DNA of 64,000 nucleotides, from assembly GCA_951406725.2 (NCBI GenBank), contig OX597817.1, forward strand, positions 160,518,001-160,582,000, read 5' to 3'. This stretch comes from Octopus vulgaris. Its lineage: Eukaryota. The position numbers and the translations under genes are program-made. The number at the start of each line of letters is the position of its first letter. Position 1 is the first letter of the stretch. Shown here one piece after another: positions 1 to 11,665 of this stretch. The notes beneath the pieces were generated by a model that saw nothing but the letters and a program-made list of their open reading frames with translations, was not told the origin of the DNA and did no database searches.

Positions 1-130
1 ATACTGCACAAGATACATCAACGCATCGCCATATTAAACAATAAACACAAAGGACTTCATAAAAATTAGGGCTGATCGCATACCGTGTCCTCTTCGACCA
101 AGGCGCCATCGACTTTTTCTAAAATTCCAT

Positions 131-430
131 TTAGTTAGTTAGTTAGTTAGTTAATTTGGCTCAAAAGCAAATAGCAAGGCCATGTAGGGGGACATGGAGT
201 TAAGTACAGGGTGGTGTTCATGTAAAGAGTTCAGGCCACTTGAGGTTAAGGGAGACTTTGAACAAAGCGGTCGTCGGCATCTTCACCATCTCGTCTGGCA
301 GCTTGTTCCACGGATTCGCAACCCGGACGGAGAAAGCTCCTCTCCTTCGATTGAGATGAAATCGTCGCAGGTAGAGCTTTTCGGAATGACCCCGCAGCCG
401 ACGCTCTGGAGCAGGAGTGAAGAACAGCTC
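131..430 (-). mobile_element. 3' end of a CR1-type LINE (ORF2 C-terminus, 3'UTR, (TAAC)n tail), 5'-truncated
   Basis: Minus frame 430-218 reads ELFFTPAPERRLRGHSEKLYLRRFHLNRRRGAFSVRVANPWNKLPDEMVKMPTTALFKVSLNLKW*, matching the CR1 RGH..KL..RR..FS.RV.N.WN.LP pattern; (TTAG)n at 131-153 is the tail. Confidence 0.85.
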
Positions 431-495
431 TGAAAGATGACGGTGATCCGCTTCTCCACTCCCACATCGCCAGAAAACTTGTTGAAAGGTGAGTG

Positions 496-552
496 CAGGG
501 CCGGATTAAGATCCATAGAGGCCCTAAGCACTTAAAAGATTTTGGTACCCCC
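496..552 (+). mobile_element. Single terminus of a CAGGGCCGG-type (hAT-like) MITE
   Basis: Begins CAGGGCCGGATTAAG, the same terminal motif as 46431-46597; no second end seen. Confidence 0.4.
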
Positions 553-780
553 ATATATATATATGAAATTAAAAATATGAATGCTCTTTACTCTTTTACT
601 TGTTTCAGTCATTTGACTGCGGCCATGCTGGAGCACCGCCTTTAGTCGAGCAATACAATTTCAGTTTTAGATTCATTGAACTGAAATGACGAAAAGTAGG
701 AGTCACTCGACTAACACGTGTAATCTACTCTCTTATTGGTGTCGATAAGTGTACCGCAATGTATTTTTATAATTTTGTGT

Positions 781-1360
781 AGTAGTGTCATGGTGGTAGT
801 TGTGGTGGTGATGGTGGTGCTTTTGGCGGTAGCTATGGTAGTAGTGGTGGTGGTGGTGGCGGTAGTGGTGGTGATGGTAGTAGTGGTAGTATTGGTGTTG
901 GTGTTGGAGCTATATGTTGTGGTAGTGGAGATGGTATTGGTAGTGGTATTTATTGTGGTGATGGTGGTAGTGGTGGTGGTGGTTGAAGAGGTAGTATTGG
1001 TGTTGGTGTTGGAGCTATATGTTGTGGTAGTGGAGATGGTATTGGTAGTGGTATTTATTGTGGTGATGGTGGTAGTGGTGGTGGTGGTGGTGGTGGTTGA
1101 AGAGGTAGTATTGGTGTTGGTGTTGGAGCTATATGTTGTGGTAGTGGAGATGGTATTTGTACTGGTATTTATTGTGGTGATGGTGGTAGTGGTAGTGGTG
1201 GTGGTGGCAGTTGTGGTGGTGGTGGTGGTGGTGATGGTGGTGGTGGCAAAGATGGTACTAGCGATGGGGTATGGCAGTAATGGTAGTGGCGGTGGTGATG
1301 GTACTGGTGATGGTGGTGAGGTCATTGATGCTATTGGTGCTGCTGCTGTTGCTGCTGCTG
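781..1360. repeat. (GGT)n-rich low-complexity tract with a ~110-120 bp higher-order repeat
   Basis: The block GTATTGGTGTTGGTGTTGGAGCTATATGTTGTGGTAGTGGAGATGG occurs three times. Confidence 0.9.
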
Positions 1361-1743
1361 TTTGTTTGTTTGTTTGTTGAGCGAAGCGGTCTTCGTCCCA
1401 GAGTGGGAGAAGTCCGAAACGTGGTCCTTTGCTATTCGTAAGACCCGCAGAAGAGAAAGCAGGTCAACCCCCGACACCCAGAGCATCGACGGATGGATGA
1501 ATGCGCATCCAGGCTCAGCGGTTGCCTAGGAAGTCGGGGATATAAGAAACAGGAAGAAAGAGTGAGAGAAAGTTGGAGCGAAAGAGTACAACAGGGGTCG
1601 CCACCCCACCCCCCTGTCGGAGCCTCGTGGAGCTTTAGGTGTTTTCGCTCAATAAACACACACAACGCCCGGTCTGGGAATCGAAACCGCGACCCTCCGA
1701 CCGTGAGTCCGCTGCCCTAACCACTGGGCCATTGCGCCTCCAC
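1361..1743 (-). mobile_element. tRNA-derived SINE family A, tail variant A3
   Basis: Head GTGGAGGCGCAATGGCCCAGTGG (A box) and GGTTTCGATTCC (B box); distinct 3' module ending in (CAAA)n; flanked by TGCTGCTGCTGTT. Confidence 0.85.
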
Positions 1744-2548
1744 TGCTGCTGCTGTTGCCATTGCTGCTGCTACAGTTGGTGTAGGTGGTTGTGGTGTTGT
1801 AGTGTTTGTTTTACAGTTTTGCTGCAGCTGTTGTTTAATGAATAAACCCGAGATCAAGGTTTTCCAACCATGATAAACTTCTCTTTTCTTCGAAATTATC
1901 AAATGTGTCCTATTTCTTGAAAGACAATAGCGTGTAATTCGAGGGATACTTAGCTGCTCTTTAAGCAGGTTGATCAAACGCCTACAAGCTCTCTCATTGC
2001 TGTTGTTACGAGTTATTGTATTTCAAAATCGTTCTTCTATTCAATCAATATTAATGAACGTGTGTGAAAGATCAGTCAGTGTGTGTGTGTGTGTATGAGT
2101 GAGTGTGAGTGAGTGCGTGTGTGTGAGTGTGTGTGTGTGTGAGTGTGAGTGAGTGTATGTGTGTGTGAGTGTGTGTGTGTTTGTGTGTGTGTATGTGTGA
2201 GTGTGTGTGAGTGTGTGTGTGTGTGAGTGTGTGTGAGTGTGTGTGTGTGTGTGTGAGTGTGTTTGTATCTAGGCCGCTATCACCGTTTAAAAACCTGTGT
2301 TAGCTAGTTTAAGTCTATATAACCAAGCAGTTCGGCAAAAGAGATCGATAGGATAATTACCAGACTTTACTAAGTAAGCACTGGGATCGATTTGTTCGAC
2401 TAAAATCCTTCAAAACGGTGCTGCAGCATGACCGCAGCCTCATGACAGAAAGAACTGAATGATACACACACACACGCACACATACACACATACTCTCTCT
2501 CTCACACACACACGCACACATACACACACACACACACTCACACACGCA

Positions 2549-2604
<56 letters not shown>

Positions 2605-3052
2605 ACTCTCTCACTCACATACACACACATGTTTTTCTTTGAGATATTTCATCTCAAAAGTGTTCAAACTGGTCGCTAACAAAGTGACAAGACTTTTTCG
2701 GTTAAAAGATTCCCCGAGGTTTGTAAATGTGTGGTTGAGTTGATGTGTTGGTTGATCTGTCGATGCATATACCGGACTGTGTGCGTCTATTCACATAAGA
2801 ATCTCAGATGCGGGGAATTTTTTGGAATGTCTCACAAATCTCACTTTGCTGATGCACGAAACTCTGTTTTTGAGTCTCTTTGCTACACCTGCAGATTAAA
2901 AACATATAAACCAAGTTTTTGAATTCTGTTCTCCTGCCTGTATCACCAAATCTGTGCACGCGCGCGTTATACATACATACATACATATATACATACATAC
3001 ATACATACATACATACACACACACCCACACACACCCACACACACACTCATAC

Positions 3053-3264
3053 ATATACATATGAGAGGGATGACCTCTATGTGGACAAACCTTATGCTAG
3101 AAGTAGATCCGCTATGGTCGTACCACTAAGAAATATTCTCAAGAAAAATTTTGCAAAATTTTGCTAAATTTTTCTTGAGAACATTTCTTAGTGGTACGAC
3201 CATAGCGGATCTACTTCTAGCATAAGGTTTGTCCACATAGAGGTCATCCCTCTCATATGTATAT
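3053..3264. repeat. Near-perfect 212-bp palindrome with no loop
   Basis: 106-bp arms centred on AAAA|TTTT at 3158/3159; 2 mismatches. Confidence 0.95.
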
Positions 3265-3361
3265 AATACAATTGACTGAACCTTCAGACTTTAATATGCT
3301 AGACCACTGGTGTTAAATTGCTGTTAATTAAATTAATATCGAATTTCTCACCCTCATTTTA

Positions 3362-3399
<38 letters not shown>

Positions 3400-3524
3400 T
3401 TAATTAATAAGGGTGAGAGAATTAGATACTAATTTAATAGTATATTTATTCCACACCAAGTGGCCTAGTGCTACGAGAAACCTGGATTATTATAATATTC
3501 TATAACATATTATAATATTTTCAC

Positions 3525-3745
3525 AAAATAAATATAAGAGAGTGGTCACTATATTGATCACTCTAGCACCAGTTAATCCAAAAGGTTTCAACCACGAAAA
3601 TACATGTTTCCCATGAAAGCCCTGTCCGTGTGAGCTAACAGTCGTACTGGCTTTCATGGGAAACATGTATTTTCGTGGTTGAAACCTTTTGGATTAACTG
3701 GTGCTAGAGTGATCAATATAGTGACCACTCTCTTATATTTATTTT
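3525..3745. repeat. Inverted repeat, 97-bp arms, 27-nt spacer
   Basis: 3525-3621 is the reverse complement of 3649-3745. Confidence 0.95.
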
Positions 3746-3751
3746 ATATTA

Positions 3752-3838
<87 letters not shown>

Positions 3839-4036
3839 AGGAGAGAGGGAGAGGTAGTTCGATCTTATTCAAAGCTTGACCACTTCTTGTTAGATGTGCT
3901 CTTTTCGTGGCTTTTTGAGTCTTACGAGCTGTTTGAAAATTTGCAATGCAAACAGTGCAAAATATGTCTCACTTCAAGTAACACAGTGTTGTTTGCCTTG
4001 TTTGATATATGAATTTTTAAAAGCCTTATATATATA

Positions 4037-4539
4037 CTAGCAGTATCGCCCGGCGTTGCTCGGGTTTGTAAGGGAAATAACTATATAAGCATTTTTAGAG
4101 AGTTACTTCCCTTATAAATTCGGGCTTTCTTAGCCATTTTTGTTTTGGTGTCTTCAAGCCATGAAGTCGTTGTTCTAAAAGAACGCTGGTTTCCTTCACA
4201 ACGCATTACGACGTTGATTTCTTTACACTCCCTTCCCCACAGCTTCACGAGGGAGGGAAGGGGGAGAAGCAAACAGGTGCAGCTGTGAGCGTGGACGCCA
4301 ACTCCGCCGCCATCGACACACGATGCATTTTATGCATTAAAATGGAATAAAAAATGATGTTAAATTATTTTTAAAATCGTAGGCTCATCGTTGACGCGCG
4401 CTAATAGTCAGACGGGCTCGATATGAATCACGACTATAAGATACTCGAATTTGGTTAAACTGCACCGCAAAATGTGGGAGGAGTTAGGAATCTAAATCGA
4501 AGGGGACAGACACTCACACAACTAGAGTTTTATATATAT

Positions 4540-4542
<3 letters not shown>
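4037..4542 (-). mobile_element. Non-autonomous Helitron
   Basis: Minus strand starts TC(TATATATATAAAA), has a 3' hairpin CCCGAGCAACGCCGGG and ends CTAG; inserted between A and T with no TSD. Confidence 0.75.
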
Positions 4543-4590
<48 letters not shown>

Positions 4591-4598
<8 letters not shown>

Positions 4599-5196
4599 AA
4601 TTAAGGACTGAACACGAAAAGTGGACAGTCAACATGCTAGATATAGACGTCAAATCGCCATTCTCCACAAAAGATTATGTTCTCAAATCAAACTCAGCAC
4701 AAAACCAAAGCAATAAACAAGTGAAAATATACGAAATAAAATAATTGCCCATGTACTGATCAGTTTCGGCTATTAATATCCGCAAGGATAACTGCAGCCT
4801 TCATCAGCATGGTCCGTTGAGAATGCAATTCGCTGGACTAGATGCAAAAACGATACCGGAGTATCGCGTGCATGAAGTTCAACCTATTACATTCGAATAT
4901 ATCTTTCAAATGCCTCTACTTTGGCGCGTTGAGACCCGAAAAAACCAGCCTGCGATTAATAATTAGCAGCAGTCAATTTATCGGTTAGAGAACATATTTA
5001 TTTATATAAAATTAATTAAGGGTATAAATTGATATTTATCAATTAAAACCAGTGGTCTAGCATATTAAAAAAGAATCCGAAGATTAAAATATTTATATAT
5101 ACCAATTAAGGACTGAACACGAAAAGTGGACAGACAACATGCTAGATATAGACGTCAAATCGCCATTCTCCACAAAAGATTATGTTCTCAAATCAA
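4591..5196 (-). mobile_element. Penelope/retrozyme-like non-coding element: ~505-nt unit plus ~100-nt terminal direct repeat
   Basis: 4597-4691 is repeated at 5102-5196; contains a hammerhead motif; abuts (TA)n. Confidence 0.6.
4749..4812 (-). ncRNA. Type I hammerhead ribozyme with intact core
   Basis: CCAUG-CUGAUGA-A-GGCU..AGCC-GAAAC-UGAUCA-GUA/CAUGG: 5-bp stem I, stem II, palindromic stem III, GUA triplet. Confidence 0.8.
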
Positions 5197-5212
5197 TCTT
5201 TCTATACTATAT

Positions 5213-5502
5213 GTGGAGGTGCAATGGCCTAGTGGTTAGGGCAGCGGACTCGCGGTCGCAGGATCGCGGTTTCGTTGTGAGTGTTTATTGAGCGAAAACA
5301 CCTAAAAGCTCCACGAGGCTCCGGCAGGAAGTGGTGATCCCTGCTGTACTCTTTCACCACTCTTTCTCTCACTCTTTCTTCTGTTGGCCAGCTCGCTTAG
5401 CCAGCAGGGTGGCGTCATTCGAAGGCTAAAACAATGCGAACGCATTGTGACCAACGATGTGTAACAACATCTGATGGTCTGGTCGGTCACGTGATCACGT
5501 GA
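5213..5502 (+). mobile_element. SINE family A, tail variant A2
   Basis: A-type head with an internal deletion; CACGTGAT tail; TSD TCTATACTATAT at 5201-5212 and 5503-5514. Confidence 0.85.
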
Positions 5503-5665
5503 TCTATACTATATACAACTCCCCGAAGACTGGTTTTTAGCATGTCTATACATTTTCCTTCCTTTTTCATGGTTCGCAATGTTGCTGCTTCCCAGTAGAC
5601 AGGTCGCCATAAAAAAAAATCTCCTTAGCAATTCGCTCATTACCAATCCATATTAAATGGCCAGT

Positions 5666-6028
5666 GAGTGGAGGCGCAATGGCCCAGTGGTTAGGGCAGC
5701 GGACTCGCGGTCGTAAGATCGCGGTTTCGATTCCCAGACCGGGCATTATGAGTGTTTATTGAGCGAAAATACCTAAAGCTTCACAAGGCTCCTGCAGGGG
5801 GTGGTGGTGAACCCTGCTGTACTCTTTCACCACAACTTTCTCTCACTCTTTCTTCCTGTTTCTGTTGTACCTGTATTTCAAAGGGCCAGCCTTGTCACAC
5901 TCTGTGTCACGCTGAATCTCCTCGAGAACTGTGGAGTGCTCAGCCACTTGCACGTTAATTCCACGAGCAAGCTGTTCCGTTGATCGTATTAGCTGGGACC
6001 CTCATCGTCGTAACCGACGGAGTGCTCC
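5666..6028 (+). mobile_element. SINE family A, tail variant A1
   Basis: A and B boxes; TSD TAAATG(G/A)CCAGT at 5654-5665 and 6029-6040. Confidence 0.9.
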
Positions 6029-6363
6029 TAAATGACCAGTCCACCTAAGTTGATTGGAGACCAGCATAGTATGAATTGAAGAGATCCTTGCTCACTCTAA
6101 AATCTCTGTCAGGTATAAATGATTTCAGCTAATTCTGAGAATTTGACGAAGACACTTTTGGTGGAAGCATTCTTAGAATTTTATATGGTACTTGTATAAA
6201 CAGTCCATGTTTCAACCGAACAAAGAAAGAAAGACGGTATAAAAGCACAATGAAACCAAAATGTTTGTATTAATGACCTGTAAGAACACTGTATTTCGCG
6301 ATGCAACAATAATATACTACAAAGTATATTAAACATTTTTATATATTAATACTGTGTTCTGCT

Positions 6364-7145
6364 AAGGCGGCGAGCTGGTAGAAACGTTAGCATGCCGGGC
6401 GAAATGCTTTGTGGCATTTCGTCTGCCGGTATGTTCAGAATTCAAATTCCGCCGAGGTCGACTTTGCCTTTCATCCTTTCGAGGTCGATAAATTAAGTAC
6501 CAGTTATGCACTGGGGTCGATCTAATCGACTTAATCCGTTTGTCTGTCCATATTTGTCCTCTCTGTGTTTAGCCCCTTGTGGGTAATAAAGAAATAGGTA
6601 TTTCGTCTGCCGCTACATTCTGAGATCAAATTCCGCCAATGCCGACTTTGCTTTTCATCCTTTCGGGGTCGAGTACCAGTTATGCACTGGGGTCGATATA
6701 ATCGACTTAAGCCGTTTGTCTGTCCTTGTTTGTCCGCTCTGTATTTAGCCCCTTGTGGGTAGTAAAGAAATAGGTATTTCGTCAGCCGTTACGTTCTGAG
6801 TTCAAATTCCAGCGAGGTCGACTTTGCTTTCATCCTTTTGGAGTCGATAAATTAAGTACCAGTTGCATACTGGGGTTGATCTAATCGACTGGCCCCCTTC
6901 CCCCAAATTTCGGGCTTTGTGCCTAGAGTAGAAAAGAATATTGTGTTCTACTAAGGCGGCGAGCTGGCAGAAACGTTAGCACGCCGAGCAAAATGCTTTG
7001 TAGTATTTCGTCTGCCGCTACGTTCTGAGTTCAAATTCGGCCGAGTCGATTTTGGCCTTTCATCCTTTCGGGATCGATAAATTAAGTACCATTTGCGTAA
7101 TGGGATCGATCTAATCCACTGCTTGTGCCTAGAATAGAAAAAGTA
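6364..7145 (+). mobile_element. SINE family C: a multimeric copy (6364-6940) followed by a second copy (6953-7145)
   Basis: Head GGCGGCGAGCTGG(C/T)AGAAACGTTAG; body GAGTTCAAATTCC..GCCTTTCATCCTTTCGGGGTCG occurs three times in the first copy. Confidence 0.85.
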
Positions 7146-7908
7146 TACTGTTAGGAATTGATAAAATAAGTACCAGTGAAGTACTGGTGTCGATGTAATT
7201 GACTTACCCGTTGTGCCAAAATTTGACGCCAATATTACAGTCTGGAGAAAAACCGGCGAGCTGGCAAAATCGTTAGAATGCCTAGCAAAAAGCTTAGCGG
7301 CACTTCATCTGGTACTTATAAATCAATATTACAGCCTGAAGAAAAAGAATTGAACTCTTCTAGCATTCAGAAACATGTTTTTCTTTCATTTTTATTGAAG
7401 AAAAAAAATCGAAGTAAAGAAATCGAATTTTACTTTACAAATTAGCCGATATTAGCAACAAAAAACTGTTTGTATTAATATCTTCCATAGCATTCTAGAA
7501 ATGGAAGTTATCAACCGATTTTCATGCTGTAGTGAACATGCAGAAGAAATTATTCAGTACTTTAGATGCATCTCATCTTTTACTGATTGGAAAGCGGCCA
7601 TGCTGGGCACTGTCTTGAAGGAGCTAATGGATCCCCGGTACTTAGTTTTTAAGTCTGGCTTTTAAGTCTGGCTTTTATTAGTTTCTGTGTCGAACCGCTA
7701 TGTTATAGGGACGTAAACAATTCATCACCGGTTGTCAAAGTGGTCATCTGAACAATATAAATACAAAAGATAAAAAATAAAGAACAAAAACATGGTTACT
7801 TTTTTTTTTTTTAATGTGTTTAACGAACAACAAGAAAAGGTAATTTTACATTGGAACATTTAGAAAGACCAATGATCAACTCCCAAGATTATTGACGGTT
7901 CTAGGATA

Positions 7909-8242
7909 TTATTAGGAGTACTCCGTCGGTTACGACGACGAGGGTCCCAGCTGATACGATCAACGGAACAGCCTGCTCGTGAAATTAACGTGCAAGTGGC
8001 TGAGCACTCCACAGACACGTGTACCCTTAACGTAGTTCTCAGGGAGATTCAGCGTGACACACAGTGTGACAAGGCCGGCCCTTTGAAATACAGGTACAAC
8101 TCATTTTTGCCAGCTGAGTGGACTGGAGCAACATGAAATAAAGTGTCTTGCTCAAGGACACAACGCGTCGCTTGGAATCGAACTCACGACCTTACAATCG
8201 TGAGCCGAATGCCCTAACCACTAAGCCACGCGCCTTTCTTAA
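7909..8242 (-). mobile_element. SINE family B head with A1 tail
   Basis: Head GGCGCGTGGCTTAGTGG, central GTGTCCTTGAGCAAGACACTT; TSD GGTTCTAGGATA at 7897-7908 and 8243-8254. Confidence 0.85.
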
Positions 8243-8249
8243 GGTTCTA

Positions 8250-8395
8250 GGATAATTGCCACTGGGAAAATTTTCACCGGGATAATTGGCACTGGGAACA
8301 TTGCCACTCGGAACACTACCCATGCGTGAACATTGCCACTGAGAAAACTGCCCGGGTGGGGTCATTGCCACTGGGAAATATTCAGTGGCAGTCGT
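8250..8395. repeat. Degenerate ~15-bp minisatellite (ATTGCCACTGGGAA-like)
   Basis: The motif recurs several times and once inverted (CAGTGGCA). Confidence 0.6.
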
Positions 8396-8495
8396 CCGCG
8401 CAAAGTTATTAGCACCAAGGAATTTCCACTAGTTAAGGAATCTTAACAGTACTAATGCTTGTTATGTTTCAAATAAGAACAACCAAAGTGTGTAT

Positions 8496-8679
8496 TAGTG
8501 CGCCGCAATCTTTTTTCATTTGCGGCACACTTAGATTCTTTTCAAAATTCGGCGGCACACCTGAACTAGAAATATAGCTAGAAGTATAGGGAAAAGTTAC
8601 AGTCAGGTTGCACTGCGGCACACCTAGCATCGTCTCGTGGCACACCAGTGCGCTGCGACAGACCGATTGCGGAGCACTG
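8496..8679. mobile_element. hAT-type MITE
   Basis: Terminal inverted repeats (TIRs) YAGTGCKCCGCAATC; exact 8-bp TSD GTGTGTAT at 8488-8495 and 8680-8687. Confidence 0.9.
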
Positions 8680-9137
8680 GTGTGTATAGATGTATCTTTT
8701 ACTTGCTTCAGTCATTAGACTATGGTCATACTGGAGCACCACCATGAGGAATTTTTAGTCCAATGTATCAAGCCCAGTACTTATGTTTTAAAAGCCTGAT
8801 ATTTATTCTATCGGTATCTTTTTGCAGAACCGCTAAGTTACGGGGATGTAAACATACCAGCATCAGTTTTCAAGCAGTGGCGGGGAATACAAACAAAAAG
8901 ACAGACACAAATATGTGTGTGTGCGTGTGTGTGTATGTGTGTGTGTGTGTGTCTGTGTGTGTATGGTAAGAAGCTTGCTTCCTATCCACATGGTTCCAAG
9001 TTCAGTCCCACTGCGTGGCACTCTGGGCATGTGTCTTCTGCTATTGCCACGGGCCTACCAAAGCCTTGTGAGAGGATCTGTTAGACGGAAACTGAAAGAA
9101 GCCCGTCGTATATATATTTGTATGTGTTTGTGTGTGC

Positions 9138-9186
<49 letters not shown>

Positions 9187-9828
9187 TATATACGATACAA
9201 CCACATTTACATATATGTGTGTGAGTGTAATATATGTTGTGCATCTACGCGTGTGTGTATGCTTGCGCGGCGTGAGTAAATCACATCGGTACAGATGAAC
9301 TAAATGATGTTCGCAAAAGAAATTCTTTATGAATCGAAATTTACTTTTTAATGGGAAAGATTATAAACACCAGCTTACAATTGTAAGCGACTCTTACAGA
9401 CAAGGGAGAACAATCTGAAATTACCTCGGGATAACTTGATCTTTATTTGCAAGCAAAGTTATAGCTTCGGGCATGTTCTGTCTTACCAAACCTCGTAGGT
9501 GCAACATGGTCGTCTCGCGCCTGCATAACCTATCAACATGTATCTTTAAAAATGGAAATAACAGTTGCGGGCAGTTTCAATCAGCAGTGATAGTAATACC
9601 CAAATACCCAGCACCAGGGTACGCCTATGGCTATCAGTCTAGAACACTGGTTCTCAACCGGTGTCCATATGACCCTCGGGGTACCATGGAAAATTTTGTT
9701 GTTAAAATTGATGTGCATTAAATAGGTTATACTTTTATAATACACAAAATATTTTAACAATTTCTAGAACAATTCTAATAAACTTATTTAAAGGAGAGTA
9801 TTGTAGTTCGCTTGAAGCATTGTGTATT

Positions 9829-10084
9829 GTTTGCAAAGAATAAAAAGTACTGAATGGTACAACAATGCACTATAATACAAACAATGGGCTATATACCTGT
9901 TGTAATTTAGCCATCCATAGAGTGATAAATATTTCGGAATAAAATTCCTTAGAATATCTGAAGAAGGAATTGTATTCCGAAATATCATTGGACTATAGAT
10001 AACTAAATTACAATAGGTATATAGTCCATTATTTGTATTATAGTGCATTGTTGTACCATTCAAAACTTTTTATTCTTTATAAAC
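9829..10084. repeat. Imperfect inverted repeat (~120-bp arms) with a hammerhead core at its apex
   Basis: Arms 9829-9950 and 9964-10084. Confidence 0.85.
9958..9986 (+). ncRNA. Minimal hammerhead core, stem I lost
   Basis: CUGAAGA-A-GGAAU-UGU-AUUCC-GAAA-UA-UC. Confidence 0.55.
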
Positions 10085-10252
10085 TTAATTATAAAAATAT
10101 AACAGGATTTTTTAAAAATACCGAATGGTTATGAGAGCGATGTGTTACGTTCCAAAACCTCTCACAGAAATAATTAAAATCTGAAAACATAAATATCCAT
10201 CGGCCGCTGAAACCCGGATATACTGAGGAGTGTGCGATATAAATTTACATAT

Positions 10253-10562
10253 CACGTCACGTCACGTGACCGACTAGGCTATCAGATGTTGCTATACATC
10301 GCTGGTCACAATGCGCTTCGCATTGTTTTAGTCTTCAAATGACGCCGCCCCGCTGGCTAAGCGAGCAGGCCAACAGGAGAAAGAGTGAGAGAAAGTTGTG
10401 GCGAGAGAGTACAGCAGGAATCGCCACCACCTCCTGCCAGAGCCGCGTGGAGCTTTGGGTGTTTTCACTCAATAAACACTCACAACGCCCGGTCTGGGAA
10501 TCGAAACCGCGATCCTACGACCGCGAGTCCGCTGTCCTAATCCTGGGCCATTGCACCTCTAC
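10253..10562 (-). mobile_element. SINE family A, tail A2
   Basis: TSD AAATTTACATAT at 10241-10252 and 10563-10574. Confidence 0.85.
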
Positions 10563-10741
10563 AAATTTACATATATTTGCCAGAAAAATCCGCGATGTAC
10601 TGAGTACGCGATAGGTGAATCGCGATGTGGCGAGGGACTACTGTATTACCTTTTCAGGCAGGACCACCATACATCGGCGACTTGCCCGGCCTTTCAATAT
10701 TTCACCAGGTTACACATTTTTGATATTTGAATGGACTAGAG

Positions 10742-11151
10742 CAGTTGTTTTCAATCGAAGTCCATGTGGCCCCTGAGGATCCATATAAGATTTGGGGGGC
10801 CCACGAAAGAAAGTAGTAAATTAGGAATCCACATAAACCCCGGAAAAAACTTTTGTTTTAGATGTATGAATTGGTGTGTAATGCAAGAAATAGCCAAGTT
10901 TCTTCCTTTGACATTTTATATAGTTTCGCTTACACAAGTCAATGTATGAAAAGCAAAATAGGAATTTTGAAATAAGCATAAAAATAGGCGCAGGAGTGGC
11001 TGTGTGGTAAGTAGCTTGCTTACCAACCACATGGTTCCGGGTTCAGTCCAACTGCGTGGCACTTTGAGCAAGTGTCTTCTATTATAGCTTCGGGCCGACC
11101 AAAGCCTTGTAAGTGGATTTGGTAGACGGAAACGGAAATAAGCCCGTCGTA

Positions 11152-11212
<61 letters not shown>

Positions 11213-11510
11213 TTGTGTGTCTGTATTTGTCCCCCCAACATCGATTGACAACCGATGCTGGTGTGTTTATGTCCCCGTTACTTAGCGGTTCGGCAAAAGA
11301 GACCAATAAAATAAGTACTAGGCTTACAAAGAATAAGTCCTGGGGTCGATTTGCTCGACTAAAGGCGGTGCTCCAGCATGGCCGCAGTCAAATGACTGAA
11401 ACAAGTAAAAAAAAAAAACTACCTTTTAAACATCGAATGACTCATAGGGGTTCACCAGAAGAAAATTGTAATCAAAGGGGTCCATGGATGAAAAAAGGCT
11501 GAGAACCCCA
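10742..11510. mobile_element. hAT-like MITE containing a nested family D SINE
   Basis: Ends CAGTTGTTTTCAA and CTGAGAACCCCA, both degenerate. Confidence 0.5.
10986..11420 (+). mobile_element. SINE family D, full length, with internal (TA)n(TG)n
   Basis: Head TGGCTGTGTGG..GGTTCAGTCC; tail CCAGCATGGCCGCAGTCAAATGACTGAAACAAGTAAAA. Confidence 0.9.
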
Positions 11511-11665
11511 GAGCTAGGTTAATATAAAATGCAGTGTTTTACTCAAGAGCACAACGCGTCCCCCGGACAAGAAACTGGTAACACAACATTAAGAACATGA
11601 TTCCGGCAACCCTAACCACTAAGACACGCCCCTCCACCAGCTGTAGTAGTAATTTATATAATATA

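Larger units (their letters stand above)
9644..10135. mobile_element. Degenerate hAT-like MITE interrupted by a hairpin element
   Basis: Starts CACTGGTTCTCAACC; resembles 10742-11510. Confidence 0.5.

Noticed and set aside
711-1380. Poly-Thr and poly-Val ORFs (also 12506-13168 and 23879-24418)
   Set aside because: Translations of (GGT)n tracts, open on both strands; no gene context.
5668-5745. tRNA gene
   Set aside because: A and B boxes present but no closing acceptor stem; it runs into a SINE body with a TSD. The same applies to all such heads.
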